Part shown: in pieces, positions 1 through 9,931 of the stretch
Layout of the letters: each line of letters begins with the position of its first letter
Position numbering within the stretch: position 1 is the stretch's first letter
Assembly: GCA_963667845.2 (NCBI GenBank)
Contig: CAXXVL010000002.1
Coordinates: 640,001-704,000, forward strand
Source: Smithellaceae bacterium
GTDB lineage: Bacteria; Desulfobacterota; Syntrophia; Syntrophales; Smithellaceae
Direction of reading: 5' to 3'
DNA length: 64,000 bases
Notes under the pieces: generated by a model
Told to the model about the DNA's origin: nothing
Database searches by the model: none
Seen by the model: the letters and a program-made list of their open reading frames with translations, nothing else
Program-made: the position numbers and the translations under genes

Positions 1-643
1 GTTGCAGAGCATGGATGAGATGCTCTACCCCCTTATATTTTCTAAGCTTACCAACGAAAAGAATGGTGGGGTCTGGCTTGTGCAACTTCCGCACGGTTGA
101 TGAAGACTCCGATTCCTTAACACCTGAATAGGCCAATGGAATGACGTCGCACTTGTGTTGGTAATGCTGCAACGTCGGGGAGTGCTCCAGTAACTTTGGA
201 CCTATTAAAATAATTTTTTGTGCTCTATCGAGAATGCGTAAAAGCGCCGGACGGAAAAGAGGAAATAGTCTTCTCCAGCGTGTATTGGCCGGGTCAGCGC
301 ACCAGGTCACTATGAGCGGCTTGGAAATATATTCATTGAGCATCTCAGCATTTGGAAATGGCGAATGTAAATGCACCAAATCCGTCTTAGGAATGAGATT
401 CCGCATTTCTCTCCCGAAAGATGAACTCACGGGTTGGCTAAAAAATTTAGCATGGCAAGTTACCCGCCGCACGGGAATTTCATCTACTTTGTCCCAGGCA
501 GTTTTGATCCGTGCGATGTGATTGAATGTTAAAACGCTTGGTTCAATTCCATATTTAGGCATTCCACTACATAATTGCCGGACATATGTTTCCGTGCCGC
601 CATACGATGGATAGTAATACTTCACAATATTGAGGATTTTCAT
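1..643 (-). CDS. GT4 family glycosyltransferase (3' end runs off the window)
   Basis: Not in the ORF track. My translation from ATG 643, which directly follows the upstream TAA, reads MKILNIVKYYYPSYGGTETYVRQL...DLVHLHSPFP...ILFVGKLRKYKGVEHLI and stays open to position 1. These are typical GT4 motifs. Confidence 0.85.
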   Translation of the reverse strand, partial: MKILNIVKYYYPSYGGTETYVRQLCSGMPKYGIEPSVLTFNHIARIKTAWDKVDEIPVRRVTCHAKFFSQPVSSSFGREMRNLIPKTDLVHLHSPFPNAEMLNEYISKPLIVTWCADPANTRWRRLFPLFRPALLRILDRAQKIILIGPKLLEHSPTLQHYQHKCDVIPLAYSGVKESESSSTVRKLHKPDPTILFVGKLRKYKGVEHLIHALQ

Positions 644-1768
644 TTAATCGACAATTCCTTTCTTGGAGCCAACTTTTTCGAATGTGTCCAGTGTTTCCTC
701 AGCGCAGCGCTTCCAAGAAAACTTTTTCACTCTCTCATAACCTTTAGATATCATAATTTTTCTTATTTCATCATTCACAAGAATCCTTTTCATTGCATCA
801 GCCAGGCCCTTTTCATCATTGGGATCGATGAGCAGGGCCGCATCACCGGCGACCTCCGGCATGGACGATACGTTAGATGTTATAACAGGAACACCGTAAT
901 TCATGGCCTCCAGGATGGGGAATCCAAAACCTTCATACAGGGAAGGATAGAGAAGGCATAAGGCATTTTGATAAATGAAAGAAAGACGAGCATCATCCAC
1001 ATATCCTGCAAGATGTATCCGGTTACGATGGCGATGCATTCCTAAAAGATTGATCGCATCTTTGCTTTTCCATCCGATATTGCCGACTATCACAAGATCG
1101 ACATCTTCACGGTCCGCATCCAGCAATGCGAACGCACTCAGGATAGCCTTTAAATTTTTCCTGGGTTCAAGTGTCCCCACAAACAAAAAAAACTTCTGGG
1201 GCAGCTTTTCATCAGCTGATATGGGTGAATGAATATGTTCTGCGAAAGCGGGAGCCCCCGGATAGACAACACCGATACTCGTTGGTTCTGTCTGATAATG
1301 TTCTTGAATACCCGAAGCTGTCGATATTGAGTCGGCAATTACATAATCAGCTCGCCGAATGGACTGTTTCATTAACAAACGCTCCGTGATCAGGGTCGGC
1401 AAATTCATTGTATGGGGAAATAAAACATGGACAATGTCGTGAATAGTCAAAACCGTTTTGATGTTTTTGGGCATAAACAGAGGCAACTGATGGCGTGGTC
1501 CCCAAAAGAGATCCAGCTTCAGTTTAGATGCAATGTGGGGAATGCAGCACTGCATCCATAACGTGCTGATCATTCTTTGAGGAAACCTGCCCTCGATTTT
1601 TTTCCATTGCGGATTAACCACTTCGAAATTAATCGCCTTATTGGAAATGAGGTAGTAATGATTCTCCTCGTCCAACTCCTGGATCGCTTGCAGCAGATTA
1701 TTCAAATAGACGCCGATCCCCGTTAATGGAGGATAGGAAACCGGCCGTGCATCAACACCAATGATCAT
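644..1768 (-). CDS. GT4 glycosyltransferase (MtfB/WbdB-like mannosyl/D-rhamnosyltransferase)
   Basis: TGIGVY, TIHD, FVGTLEPRKN, PSLYEGFGFPILEAM, SSMPEVAG, FSW motifs. Confidence 0.9.
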   Translation of the reverse strand: MIIGVDARPVSYPPLTGIGVYLNNLLQAIQELDEENHYYLISNKAINFEVVNPQWKKIEGRFPQRMISTLWMQCCIPHIASKLKLDLFWGPRHQLPLFMPKNIKTVLTIHDIVHVLFPHTMNLPTLITERLLMKQSIRRADYVIADSISTASGIQEHYQTEPTSIGVVYPGAPAFAEHIHSPISADEKLPQKFFLFVGTLEPRKNLKAILSAFALLDADREDVDLVIVGNIGWKSKDAINLLGMHRHRNRIHLAGYVDDARLSFIYQNALCLLYPSLYEGFGFPILEAMNYGVPVITSNVSSMPEVAGDAALLIDPNDEKGLADAMKRILVNDEIRKIMISKGYERVKKFSWKRCAEETLDTFEKVGSKKGIVD

Positions 1769-1853
1769 GAGTAGTTCACCTTAGTTCCTATCGATCGAGC
1801 TGGGGGCCAGCTGCAAGTGGTCCGGTTCTTTGGACAGGCAGGGATTATGATAT

Positions 1854-4800
1854 TCATCCTCTGAATTCCTCCCTAGAAGCGTGCCACCGATTATTGAGGA
1901 TTATATCCAGCAGTTGTTTAGCACTTTCCTTCCATGTCAACCATTGCATATCGTCAGATTTCGGGTGATTCCCTTCTTTGTGAAGCGTAAGCCACTCCAG
2001 AATATCGTCAGCAAGGGCGCGAGGCTCGCTTCTGTTGAAGTAAAAAGCATGATCACCCGCCACTTCGCGAAACACGGGAATGTCGCGGGCAATGATTGGT
2101 AATTTGTGCTGAGCCGCTTCGATCAGTGGGAGGCCGAAACCTTCACCAAAGGAGGCCGCAATCAGGCAGGTGGCAGCGGCGTAGATCTTTTCCAGATATT
2201 CGTCGCTGATGCCTTCGAGCCAGAACAAGTGTTTGTTCAGCTTGGGATGGGCACGCAGACGGCCGACGAGTTCATCGACCATCCAGCCCTGTTTGCCGAC
2301 AATGACTAAGTTGACTTCCAGCCCAGCCCGCCAGAGCTTCTCAAAAGCATACAATACCTCTATGTGGCCCTTTCGCGGTTCCAGAGTCCCAACCATGAGA
2401 AAGCTGTTGAGATTGCGCAGATGTTCCAGGACGTCCCCGGCGCTGGACGGCAATCCTTTACCGGGTAATAAATTTTCCATATCGGCGCCGAGATGGAACC
2501 AGTTTATTGTAAAAGGGCGCGGGCGTTCCGGACCATTCTTCTCTACCCAGTAAGCCAGCTCATCGGCCACAGCTTTAGAGATGCAAACCGCACCATCGCT
2601 TTGGGCAACAACTTCCAGCCAATGTGAGAAATTTTCGTTTGCACCAGGCGCAAAATGCAACGGCATATGAACGCATAACAAGTCATACACGGCGAAGATC
2701 ACCTGCGCACCCTGGCTGCGAAGCTCTCGATAGAATGCGCGATATATGATTTGTGCCTGCGGCTCCAAATCCAGGGCAAAGAAAATATCCCCTGGCGCAT
2801 ATTCTATAGGTTCATCCTGCAGCACACTATCCGGACAGTTCAAAAAATCTAAAGTAAAACGCCGCGCATATCGATACCGGCGATCAACTGTGGCATACAC
2901 GGGCTCGACCCGGTACCCCGCCGGCGGGTTATTAAGCCACTCCCAAAGGACGTTTCGGACAACACGCTGAATACCGCTCCTGGCATCGCGTTGAACCAAT
3001 TCGGAAATATCCACCAGGAGTTGCCTTTGTCTATTTCGCAGGGGAAAATTTTGAGCGATGGCATCTGCCAGCTGGATTAAATCGGTATCCCCTAGAGTCG
3101 GATCGTGAATGTCGGCAATTGCGTTTGGCAAGGCCGGTAAACCGGACCCTGCAGACCGATAGAAACGCTCAATTTCCGCCCGGTATTGTTCGGCACAGAC
3201 TCGCGGATCGTGATCACGGAGAATGATTTCTCTGGCTGTTTTCCCCAGCCGAATCCGCTGAGTTTCTTTCTGCCAGAGTGTTTCCAAAGCCTCGACAAGC
3301 TGTTCATTGGCAAACTCATCGGGCAGTTTCCATACTGCTTCATCCTGAAGATCAGCTATGCTGCCGTTGGCATTGACAATGGTTGCAAGGCCGTAGTTCA
3401 TGCAATCAAGCACCGTAGCGGACGTCTCCCCGCGGGAACGAGTGCGGAGTTGGACTCCAATATCAGAGGCAGTAAGATATTGACGGAAATCTTCCCCGTC
3501 AGTCCAGCCCGTGATGCGGATATTCTTTGACGACTGACTGCGACGTATAGCCCTGAGCAAATCCTGGCCGTATTCGCCGGAATTGTTCTCTCCAACGAAG
3601 ATCAGGTAGCAGGATTTAGAACGCGCCAGAGAGGAGGTTAACCATGCCTGAAGTAATCGGTGATTAAGCTTGGTAGGTCCTAGAAGCCCAAACGAACAAA
3701 CCAGAAAATCATCAGCATGAAAACCAAGAGCTTTTCGGGCGGAGAACTTATTTTGATCTATTCGCGAATCACGCGCCAGGGGTATCACTGTCCAATCGGT
3801 CTCATCACCCCCATACCACCGTTTCGCAAGCCGCAGTGAACTGGGCGAATGCACAATGATACCAAGACTATCCTGAATCACGCTGAGGCTGCAGGGGTAC
3901 TTCCAGGCAACTTCGGCTGTATCTTTGCGATGAAAGCGATCCCGGAGTGCTGCGAAGCCATGGGATGTATAAAGCTCACGTGCCCAACACCCCGGGGTTG
4001 CACCATGGTCATCCATGTACGCCGTAATTTGAGAAAGGAAGAAATCGTGCAGCACCACAACTCCCGGAACAGCCTTCAGAAGACTAAACATGTGCTCATG
4101 AAATTGAGAATTGCCGAAGTGATACACAACCCGCTGGTATCGCGCAGTGTTATCAATCAACCACTGGACAGAGCGAATTGGGCAGTTACCCTTGATCCAT
4201 GGATCCGAAATCGTGTCCTGCGCGACAACGACATCGATCTCATAGTGGCGAGCAAGTTCAGGTAACAGCTCGGCACTATAGTCAGCAATTCCAGACCTCT
4301 CGGGGCGAAGTGGTGAAACGTAAGCCAGCCTTGGCCGCCGTTCCGCTACGTTACTAATCTCAGGCAGGGCCCGGCGCTCGAAAACGAGATGTTCCATCGC
4401 CGCAATAGCCTGCCTGGCGCTCTCATCCCAGGAAAATTTGGCAGACTGCTCTTTACCGTTCCCGACGAGCCTGTCCCGGAATATGGGGTCCGATATAGCA
4501 CGTTCCATAGCGCACGCCATTGCCTCGTCCGAATGCGGGTCGAACAAAGCCTCCTTCCAACCGATCACCTCGGGCAGACTGGACGTATTGGCTCCAATCA
4601 CGGGTGCGCCGCAGCGCATGGCCTCCAACGCCGGCAGGCCGAACCCTTCATGCCAGGACGGAAAGACGAACAGCGTACAGAGGTTGTAGAGGGCAACCAG
4701 GTCATCTTCCGGCACAAATCCGGTTAATGTTACATCTTCTTTGGTCAGGCCCTGTTGCATAGCAAGTTGTTCCAGCATGCGCTTGCTTTCGGGCTGCACG

Positions 4801-5600
4801 GAACACACGACGGCCAACTGATGGGCTTTGCGCAAACCTTCTGGCAGCCTGGCGAAGGCACGAATCAACCCCTCGATGTTCTTGCGATGATCAATGCCGC
4901 CGGTGTACATCACGAACGGGCGATGCAATCCGAATTTTTGGCGCAGTGTCTGTTCCGAGTCAGCCGAAAGACTGAGGGGTTGAAATTGCGGCCCGGCATC
5001 GGTGGAAATGTTGACCGAACGCGTTTCAGGCAAGCCGAGGTGGCTGATGCCTTCCCTTCGGGAGGATTCCGAAATGGCCAGCCAAAGATCGGCACGACGC
5101 AGGTGTTCAATTTTGCCGAGATACCAGGTCTCAAAAGCCGGATTTTCGAGATAGAGTTTACGGTGAATATAAGGAATCAGATCGTAGAGCGTTACTGCGG
5201 TGGGGATGGTATGCGACAATAAGCCAATGCTGGTTATCGCATCGTCTCCGAACCCCTCAAACAGACTGGCCACGTGCACGACATCCGGCCGCAGACTGGC
5301 GAGGAAGGCTTCCCGAACTCGTTCTGCCGTTTGGCGACGCCAATCATTGTCGGTGTCGATGCTTGCAACGGGTCCGACGGTGTTCCATATCCGGATGTTC
5401 TCTTGTGGCAACACTCCTTCAAAGGCGGCACGAATCGGTTCGATGGTGTCTGGGAATAGAGCATTGAGGGCAATAAACACTTCATGCCGCCCACGATTCC
5501 ACACCATCGCCAACGCCAGGGACAACGAGTAACGACCAATGCCCCGGTTGCGCGAACCTGTGGATTGAGCCCCCTGCATGTCAATAACAATACGCATCAA
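1854..5600 (-). CDS. Multi-domain GT4 glycosyltransferase, WbdA-like O-glycan polymerase (three GT4 modules)
   Basis: 1248 aa. MRIVIDMQGAQS..RGIGRY start; three modules (EGFGLPALEAM; RGETSATVLDCM; EGFGLPLIEAA); clustered with a methyltransferase and wzm/wzt. Confidence 0.85.
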   Translation of the reverse strand: MMRIVIDMQGAQSTGSRNRGIGRYSLSLALAMVWNRGRHEVFIALNALFPDTIEPIRAAFEGVLPQENIRIWNTVGPVASIDTDNDWRRQTAERVREAFLASLRPDVVHVASLFEGFGDDAITSIGLLSHTIPTAVTLYDLIPYIHRKLYLENPAFETWYLGKIEHLRRADLWLAISESSRREGISHLGLPETRSVNISTDAGPQFQPLSLSADSEQTLRQKFGLHRPFVMYTGGIDHRKNIEGLIRAFARLPEGLRKAHQLAVVCSVQPESKRMLEQLAMQQGLTKEDVTLTGFVPEDDLVALYNLCTLFVFPSWHEGFGLPALEAMRCGAPVIGANTSSLPEVIGWKEALFDPHSDEAMACAMERAISDPIFRDRLVGNGKEQSAKFSWDESARQAIAAMEHLVFERRALPEISNVAERRPRLAYVSPLRPERSGIADYSAELLPELARHYEIDVVVAQDTISDPWIKGNCPIRSVQWLIDNTARYQRVVYHFGNSQFHEHMFSLLKAVPGVVVLHDFFLSQITAYMDDHGATPGCWARELYTSHGFAALRDRFHRKDTAEVAWKYPCSLSVIQDSLGIIVHSPSSLRLAKRWYGGDETDWTVIPLARDSRIDQNKFSARKALGFHADDFLVCSFGLLGPTKLNHRLLQAWLTSSLARSKSCYLIFVGENNSGEYGQDLLRAIRRSQSSKNIRITGWTDGEDFRQYLTASDIGVQLRTRSRGETSATVLDCMNYGLATIVNANGSIADLQDEAVWKLPDEFANEQLVEALETLWQKETQRIRLGKTAREIILRDHDPRVCAEQYRAEIERFYRSAGSGLPALPNAIADIHDPTLGDTDLIQLADAIAQNFPLRNRQRQLLVDISELVQRDARSGIQRVVRNVLWEWLNNPPAGYRVEPVYATVDRRYRYARRFTLDFLNCPDSVLQDEPIEYAPGDIFFALDLEPQAQIIYRAFYRELRSQGAQVIFAVYDLLCVHMPLHFAPGANENFSHWLEVVAQSDGAVCISKAVADELAYWVEKNGPERPRPFTINWFHLGADMENLLPGKGLPSSAGDVLEHLRNLNSFLMVGTLEPRKGHIEVLYAFEKLWRAGLEVNLVIVGKQGWMVDELVGRLRAHPKLNKHLFWLEGISDEYLEKIYAAATCLIAASFGEGFGLPLIEAAQHKLPIIARDIPVFREVAGDHAFYFNRSEPRALADDILEWLTLHKEGNHPKSDDMQWLTWKESAKQLLDIILNNRWHASREEFRG

Positions 5601-6742
5601 TTCTGATCCTTTTGATGCCGGTCCATAGCAGTCTTCAGGTCATTATAAATTTGCCGAGCACGCGGGGCAAGCTGCTCCGGTCCCCCAACGGTGAAGAAAT
5701 GCATTGGTGTAACGTTAACCGTTCCTAATCTTTTCAGGCGAGCTTTTAGAGTGGGGATATGACTTAAAAATCTGAGAGCGATTCTTTTGAGGCGAGAATG
5801 GTCCACTACATATCGTTTGAACTTGATGGCCAGCTGCCTTGCCATCCTTTTTGGTCTGGTCATGGGTGCAAAGGTTAATTGCGCGATGCCGGCCGGCACA
5901 AACCAGCGGGCAGCCTTGCCCGTCAAACGCAAGGGCCTGGTCACTTTCCAGGATCGGCTGTTATATACAGCCTGCAAACCCACCTCGGCCTGCCGAGCTC
6001 TGCTCTCGGCCTGGTGAGCCCTGGTCTTGGCCTCAATCGCCCCGGCTTCTGCTTTGGATACCCTACTCAAAACTATACCATCAAAAACATTAGGCGGAAT
6101 TTTGAATTTATCCTGCAACTCATTATGACTATTATGTAAATAGAAACGATTTAACCCGTCAAAGTATACAAAAATATACCCCTTCTCCAGGACAAGCGGC
6201 TCCCAGATGTCGGAAACATCAATTGTCGAGAAAGGCTTAGTACTTTCAATAACCAATATCCAGGGCCGGGCCTTCGCACCTTCCCAGCTCTGCAGCACAT
6301 CGTGCTCCATACCTTCAACATCTATTTTAAGCCAATGTATTTCCCGGTCATCATATTTATCCAGGATATCTTGCAAGGGCAGGACTTCTATTTTTGTTTT
6401 TATAAATGAAAAACCATTCTTCCTGTGCTGCTCCGCAACTTCGGGATCTCCCGTTGACAACCCCGTATCTGAGAATTCATAAAAATCAAGAAACCCTTTT
6501 TGACTGCCAATTGCTACTTGCTCGACACATTCATCCGGGCGCGAAGACCTCAGCTTGTCGGAATATTGCTTCGTGGGCTCAACATGAACACCTCGCCATC
6601 CTCGTTCATAAAAAGCCAGGCTTACGGAATCGATTTCAGGATCGTTTGCACCAACATCAATATAAAAACCGTTTTCAACATGCTGCAGCGCACGCCAAAG
6701 CATCACATCTTCAAAATTCTGGGCGTAAGATACGATGGGCAT
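5597..6742 (-). CDS. FkbM-family methyltransferase with coiled coil and basic C-terminal tail (putative chain-terminating enzyme)
   Basis: SYAQNFEDV, YIDVGANDP, LKIDVEG, FDGLNRFY; heptad AE.RA.Q repeats followed by SRSWKVTRPLR. Confidence 0.85.
   Translation of the reverse strand: MPIVSYAQNFEDVMLWRALQHVENGFYIDVGANDPEIDSVSLAFYERGWRGVHVEPTKQYSDKLRSSRPDECVEQVAIGSQKGFLDFYEFSDTGLSTGDPEVAEQHRKNGFSFIKTKIEVLPLQDILDKYDDREIHWLKIDVEGMEHDVLQSWEGAKARPWILVIESTKPFSTIDVSDIWEPLVLEKGYIFVYFDGLNRFYLHNSHNELQDKFKIPPNVFDGIVLSRVSKAEAGAIEAKTRAHQAESRARQAEVGLQAVYNSRSWKVTRPLRLTGKAARWFVPAGIAQLTFAPMTRPKRMARQLAIKFKRYVVDHSRLKRIALRFLSHIPTLKARLKRLGTVNVTPMHFFTVGGPEQLAPRARQIYNDLKTAMDRHQKDQN
5984..6046. repeat. Three degenerate 21-bp tandem units encoding the coiled-coil heptads
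   Basis: ctcggcctgccgagctctgct / ctcggcctggtgagccctggt / cttggcctcaatcgccccggc. Confidence 0.6.
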
Positions 6743-7962
6743 CAGGTTATGATCTCAATTTCGGGTTCTATCCATGACGACCCTGCAAAATGTGTTCGTG
6801 ACATATTGACCACGTTGAACACCAACGCCAGGTCCCGCCATTCGTAATTGTTCTCGAGATGCGTCTCCGAGCTCACCAGCGCTGTTTGAACGGAGTAAGT
6901 GCCGGGACCCAGATTTGCCGCAAACTTAATATTAAAAATACAGGTGTCGCCCGCATGAACGTCATTTAAGATCTGTTTGGTATGAAATGTATTCGTGCCG
7001 TACATGACCTGACCCAACCGGTCTTTAATACCGTAACCCAATACCAGTTGAGAAAGTGCTTTGTCTGCTCTGGCAGTAACCTGCAACGTTATCCTTTCGC
7101 CGACATTAACGACCTCGACACGCTGCCCTTTCTCATTGAGCAATGCAATGTCTATCACGGTTGCTTCACCGGAACCGGAAATAGTCTGCGTTTTTCCATC
7201 CTTCTGAACCTTCTGCTCAACCTTATAGTTCTCCCTGTCCGCAAGTATGGCATTGTAAAAATCCATCACCATCTCAGGCTCACCTTCCCTCGCCAGTTTC
7301 CCGGCGGCAAGCAGGATAGCCCGATCACAGATCGACTGAATGGCATTTTTGTCGTGTGAGACCAGGAGCAGCGTTGTGCCCTGCTGTCTGAACTTCCGGA
7401 TACGGTCAAAACTTTTATGCTGGAAGTAGGCGTCTCCAACGGAAAGGGCTTCATCCACAATCAACACATCGGGCCGATGAGCCGTGGCCACACTAAAAGC
7501 CAGGCGCACCTGCATGCCGCTGGAATAAACCCGCACGGGTTGATCGATGTAATCGCCGATCTCGGCAAAGGCCTCGATTTCGGGCATCACCTGGCTGATA
7601 TCTTCGACTGTGTAACCCAGTAGCTGGCCCGCCATATACACATTCTGTCTGCCGGTAAAGTCCGGATGAAAGCCCATTCCGAGTTCCAGCAGTGCCGACA
7701 CGCGGCCGGTGATTTGCACGCAACCGGTCGTGGGCATGGCTGTTCCGGTGATCAATTTCAGGAGTGTACTTTTGCCGGCCCCGTTCATACCCACAATCCC
7801 AACGGACTCGCCGGGGCTGACGGTGAAGTTAATATTCTGCAACACCCAGGTCAGATCGTGCCATTGCTTATTTCCGGGCAACACCCACTCCGCCAGCCTA
7901 GACCAGCGGTTCAGGTATTTCTTGTAGGCTTTACCCAGGTCTCTTACGGTAATTTGTCCCAT
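6742..7962 (-). CDS. wzt: Polysaccharide ABC exporter ATPase with C-terminal carbohydrate-binding (Wzt_C) domain
   Basis: GMNGAGKST, YSSGMQVRLAF, DEALSVGDAYFQHK; ~150-aa C-terminal extension. Confidence 0.92.
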   Translation of the reverse strand: MGQITVRDLGKAYKKYLNRWSRLAEWVLPGNKQWHDLTWVLQNINFTVSPGESVGIVGMNGAGKSTLLKLITGTAMPTTGCVQITGRVSALLELGMGFHPDFTGRQNVYMAGQLLGYTVEDISQVMPEIEAFAEIGDYIDQPVRVYSSGMQVRLAFSVATAHRPDVLIVDEALSVGDAYFQHKSFDRIRKFRQQGTTLLLVSHDKNAIQSICDRAILLAAGKLAREGEPEMVMDFYNAILADRENYKVEQKVQKDGKTQTISGSGEATVIDIALLNEKGQRVEVVNVGERITLQVTARADKALSQLVLGYGIKDRLGQVMYGTNTFHTKQILNDVHAGDTCIFNIKFAANLGPGTYSVQTALVSSETHLENNYEWRDLALVFNVVNMSRTHFAGSSWIEPEIEIIT

Positions 7963-8753
7963 TAAAGCTCGTCCACTATTTCGCCGGCGTGTTTGCGGAA
8001 CAGGCGCACCCCTGCCGCACAGAAAAAAATTCCCAGTAACAGCACGGGAATCAGCGCCTGCCAGTCAGGCAGCTGGGCCCGAACCAGTATGGTCTGGTAG
8101 GCTCCCATCAGACCCGTCATGGGGTTGTAGTTCAACAACTCCTGAGCCTGCCTGGGCAGGATAGTTATCGGGTAAACAATCGGTGTCAGCCAGAACCAGA
8201 ACTGAAGAATTACGCCGAATGCCTGGCCTACATCACGAAAGAAGACGTTCAATACCCCAAGAGTAACGCCGAGGCCAATGGCAAACAAAACCTGCACAAT
8301 CAGAACCGGGATAATGACAAAGAACACCAGCCCCGGAAAAGTGCCTGTTATGATCAAAAACAGCGTGAACAGGCCAAATATAATGGCAAAGTTGATTAGC
8401 GCGGTGGCAACCACGGTTACCGGAAGGCATAGCCGTGGAAAGCTGACCTTCTTCAACAGATTGCCATGCTCCAGGAAGGTATTCTGCCCCCGACCCACAA
8501 TCTCGGCAAACAGCCCCCAGGTGAGAATGCCGGCACAGAGGTAAATACTGTAACCAAAGCTGTTTTCCACACCCGGCAGTTTTGCCCGCATGATCTGGGA
8601 GAAGATAACGGTGTAAACCAGAATCATCGACAGCGGCTGAATGACTGTCCAGGCCACCCCCAAGAGTGAGTTCAGGTATTTGGATTGAAATTCTCTTTTG
8701 ACACTGAGCAGGATGAAACCACGATAGGACCAGATGCCTCTAAGCATGCCCAT
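7962..8753 (-). CDS. wzm: Polysaccharide ABC exporter permease
   Basis: Y.NSLLGVAW, LLKKVSFPR, FFRDV, TPIVYP, NPM motifs. The likely start is ATG 8753 (MGMLRG), overlapping the end of the upstream gene. Confidence 0.92.
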   Translation of the reverse strand: MGMLRGIWSYRGFILLSVKREFQSKYLNSLLGVAWTVIQPLSMILVYTVIFSQIMRAKLPGVENSFGYSIYLCAGILTWGLFAEIVGRGQNTFLEHGNLLKKVSFPRLCLPVTVVATALINFAIIFGLFTLFLIITGTFPGLVFFVIIPVLIVQVLFAIGLGVTLGVLNVFFRDVGQAFGVILQFWFWLTPIVYPITILPRQAQELLNYNPMTGLMGAYQTILVRAQLPDWQALIPVLLLGIFFCAAGVRLFRKHAGEIVDEL

Positions 8754-9735
8754 GGCAATTATCTTCCCGACCGATTCCGTTTTGCTGCCAGTAATCAATC
8801 ATATCCCTCAAGCTCTTTTCGAGAGGGATTGCGTTATGCCAGCCGACTTCTCTTTTTATTTTTTCATTGGATCCGATAATGACTTTGTTATCGCTTGGTC
8901 GCACCAGTTTTTCGTTAACCCGCGTGTGAATATGTAAATCCGATATTCTTGCCATTGTATTGATGACCTCATTAAGCGACGTTCCCCGGCCGCTGCAGAC
9001 ATTATAAATATCCCCGGATTTTCCCTTTTTCAGCAGCAGATCGTAAGCTGCGACAACGTCTCTTACATCTGTGAAGTCCCGGACAATGGATGTGTCTCCG
9101 GTGACCAGTTCACCGGGGCCGTTTCCGTTCTTTTTGATCTCTGCCAGCTGTTTGGCAAATGACGATACGACAAAGATGTCCCTCTGGTAGGGTCCAATGT
9201 GATTGAACGACCGGGTCATCACAATGTCCAGACCGTATCCGTCAACATAGACCTTGGAAATCATCTCTTGCGAAACTCTGGCAACCGCATAAGGGTTAAT
9301 TGGCCCGGGCATGTGCGTTTCAGTCAAAGGCAGCAATTTCTCCTCGACATTGCCATATTCTTCCGAAGATCCGATTGACAAGATCCGCGCCCGTAGATTC
9401 AATTTCCTCACGGATTCAAGCAGATTCAAGTAAATATTCATGTTGTTTTGAAAACTCAGAACAGGTTCTTTCCAGCTGAAGGCTACGCTGCTGTATGATG
9501 CGAGGTGGACAATATAGTCCGGCTGAAAATTGAAGATAATGTTTTCGAGGCGGTCCTGATCGAGCAGATCGACTTTTTCAAAATTCACCCGGATGCTTTT
9601 ATAGGAATCCTGCGGGAATTCCGGTTTTTGCACATCCAATCCCTTAATGGATGCATTTGCTTCATTTTTATCGAGGTATTCGAGAAAGTGACGGCTGACA
9701 AATCCGGCATATCCGGTAATCAGATATTTTTTCAA
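8740..9735 (-). CDS. rmd: GDP-4-keto-6-deoxy-D-mannose reductase (Rmd-like SDR; GDP-D-rhamnose or 6-deoxytalose)
   Basis: ITGYAGFVS, HLASYSSV, GSSEEYG, RSFNHIGP, RDFTDVRD; directly downstream of gmd; TTG start. Confidence 0.7.
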   Translation of the reverse strand: MKKYLITGYAGFVSRHFLEYLDKNEANASIKGLDVQKPEFPQDSYKSIRVNFEKVDLLDQDRLENIIFNFQPDYIVHLASYSSVAFSWKEPVLSFQNNMNIYLNLLESVRKLNLRARILSIGSSEEYGNVEEKLLPLTETHMPGPINPYAVARVSQEMISKVYVDGYGLDIVMTRSFNHIGPYQRDIFVVSSFAKQLAEIKKNGNGPGELVTGDTSIVRDFTDVRDVVAAYDLLLKKGKSGDIYNVCSGRGTSLNEVINTMARISDLHIHTRVNEKLVRPSDNKVIIGSNEKIKREVGWHNAIPLEKSLRDMIDYWQQNGIGREDNCHGHA

Positions 9736-9784
9736 GCCTTCAGCCCCCTATTTCTAAGTTTTTTGTTATTGGCGCACGCACTTC

Positions 9785-9845
9785 AATCCCGCTTAAGCGG
9801 GACGAACGTTGATTCCCTGTCGCTCGCTGCGAGGTTGTTTTGATT
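9785..9845 (-). repeat. Dispersed palindromic element, copy 1 (IS200/IS605-end/REP-like)
   Basis: Reverse complement aatcaaaacaacctcgcagcgagcgacagggaatcaacgttcgtcccgcttaagcgggatt matches the copies at 40841 and 49069. Confidence 0.75.
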
Positions 9846-9931
9846 AACATAACCTAAAGGCTACATTCTGTGACTTGAGACACAAACAGCCATGGCAAAC
9901 TGTTCTGCTTTAACTGTTTTCAAAAAGATGG

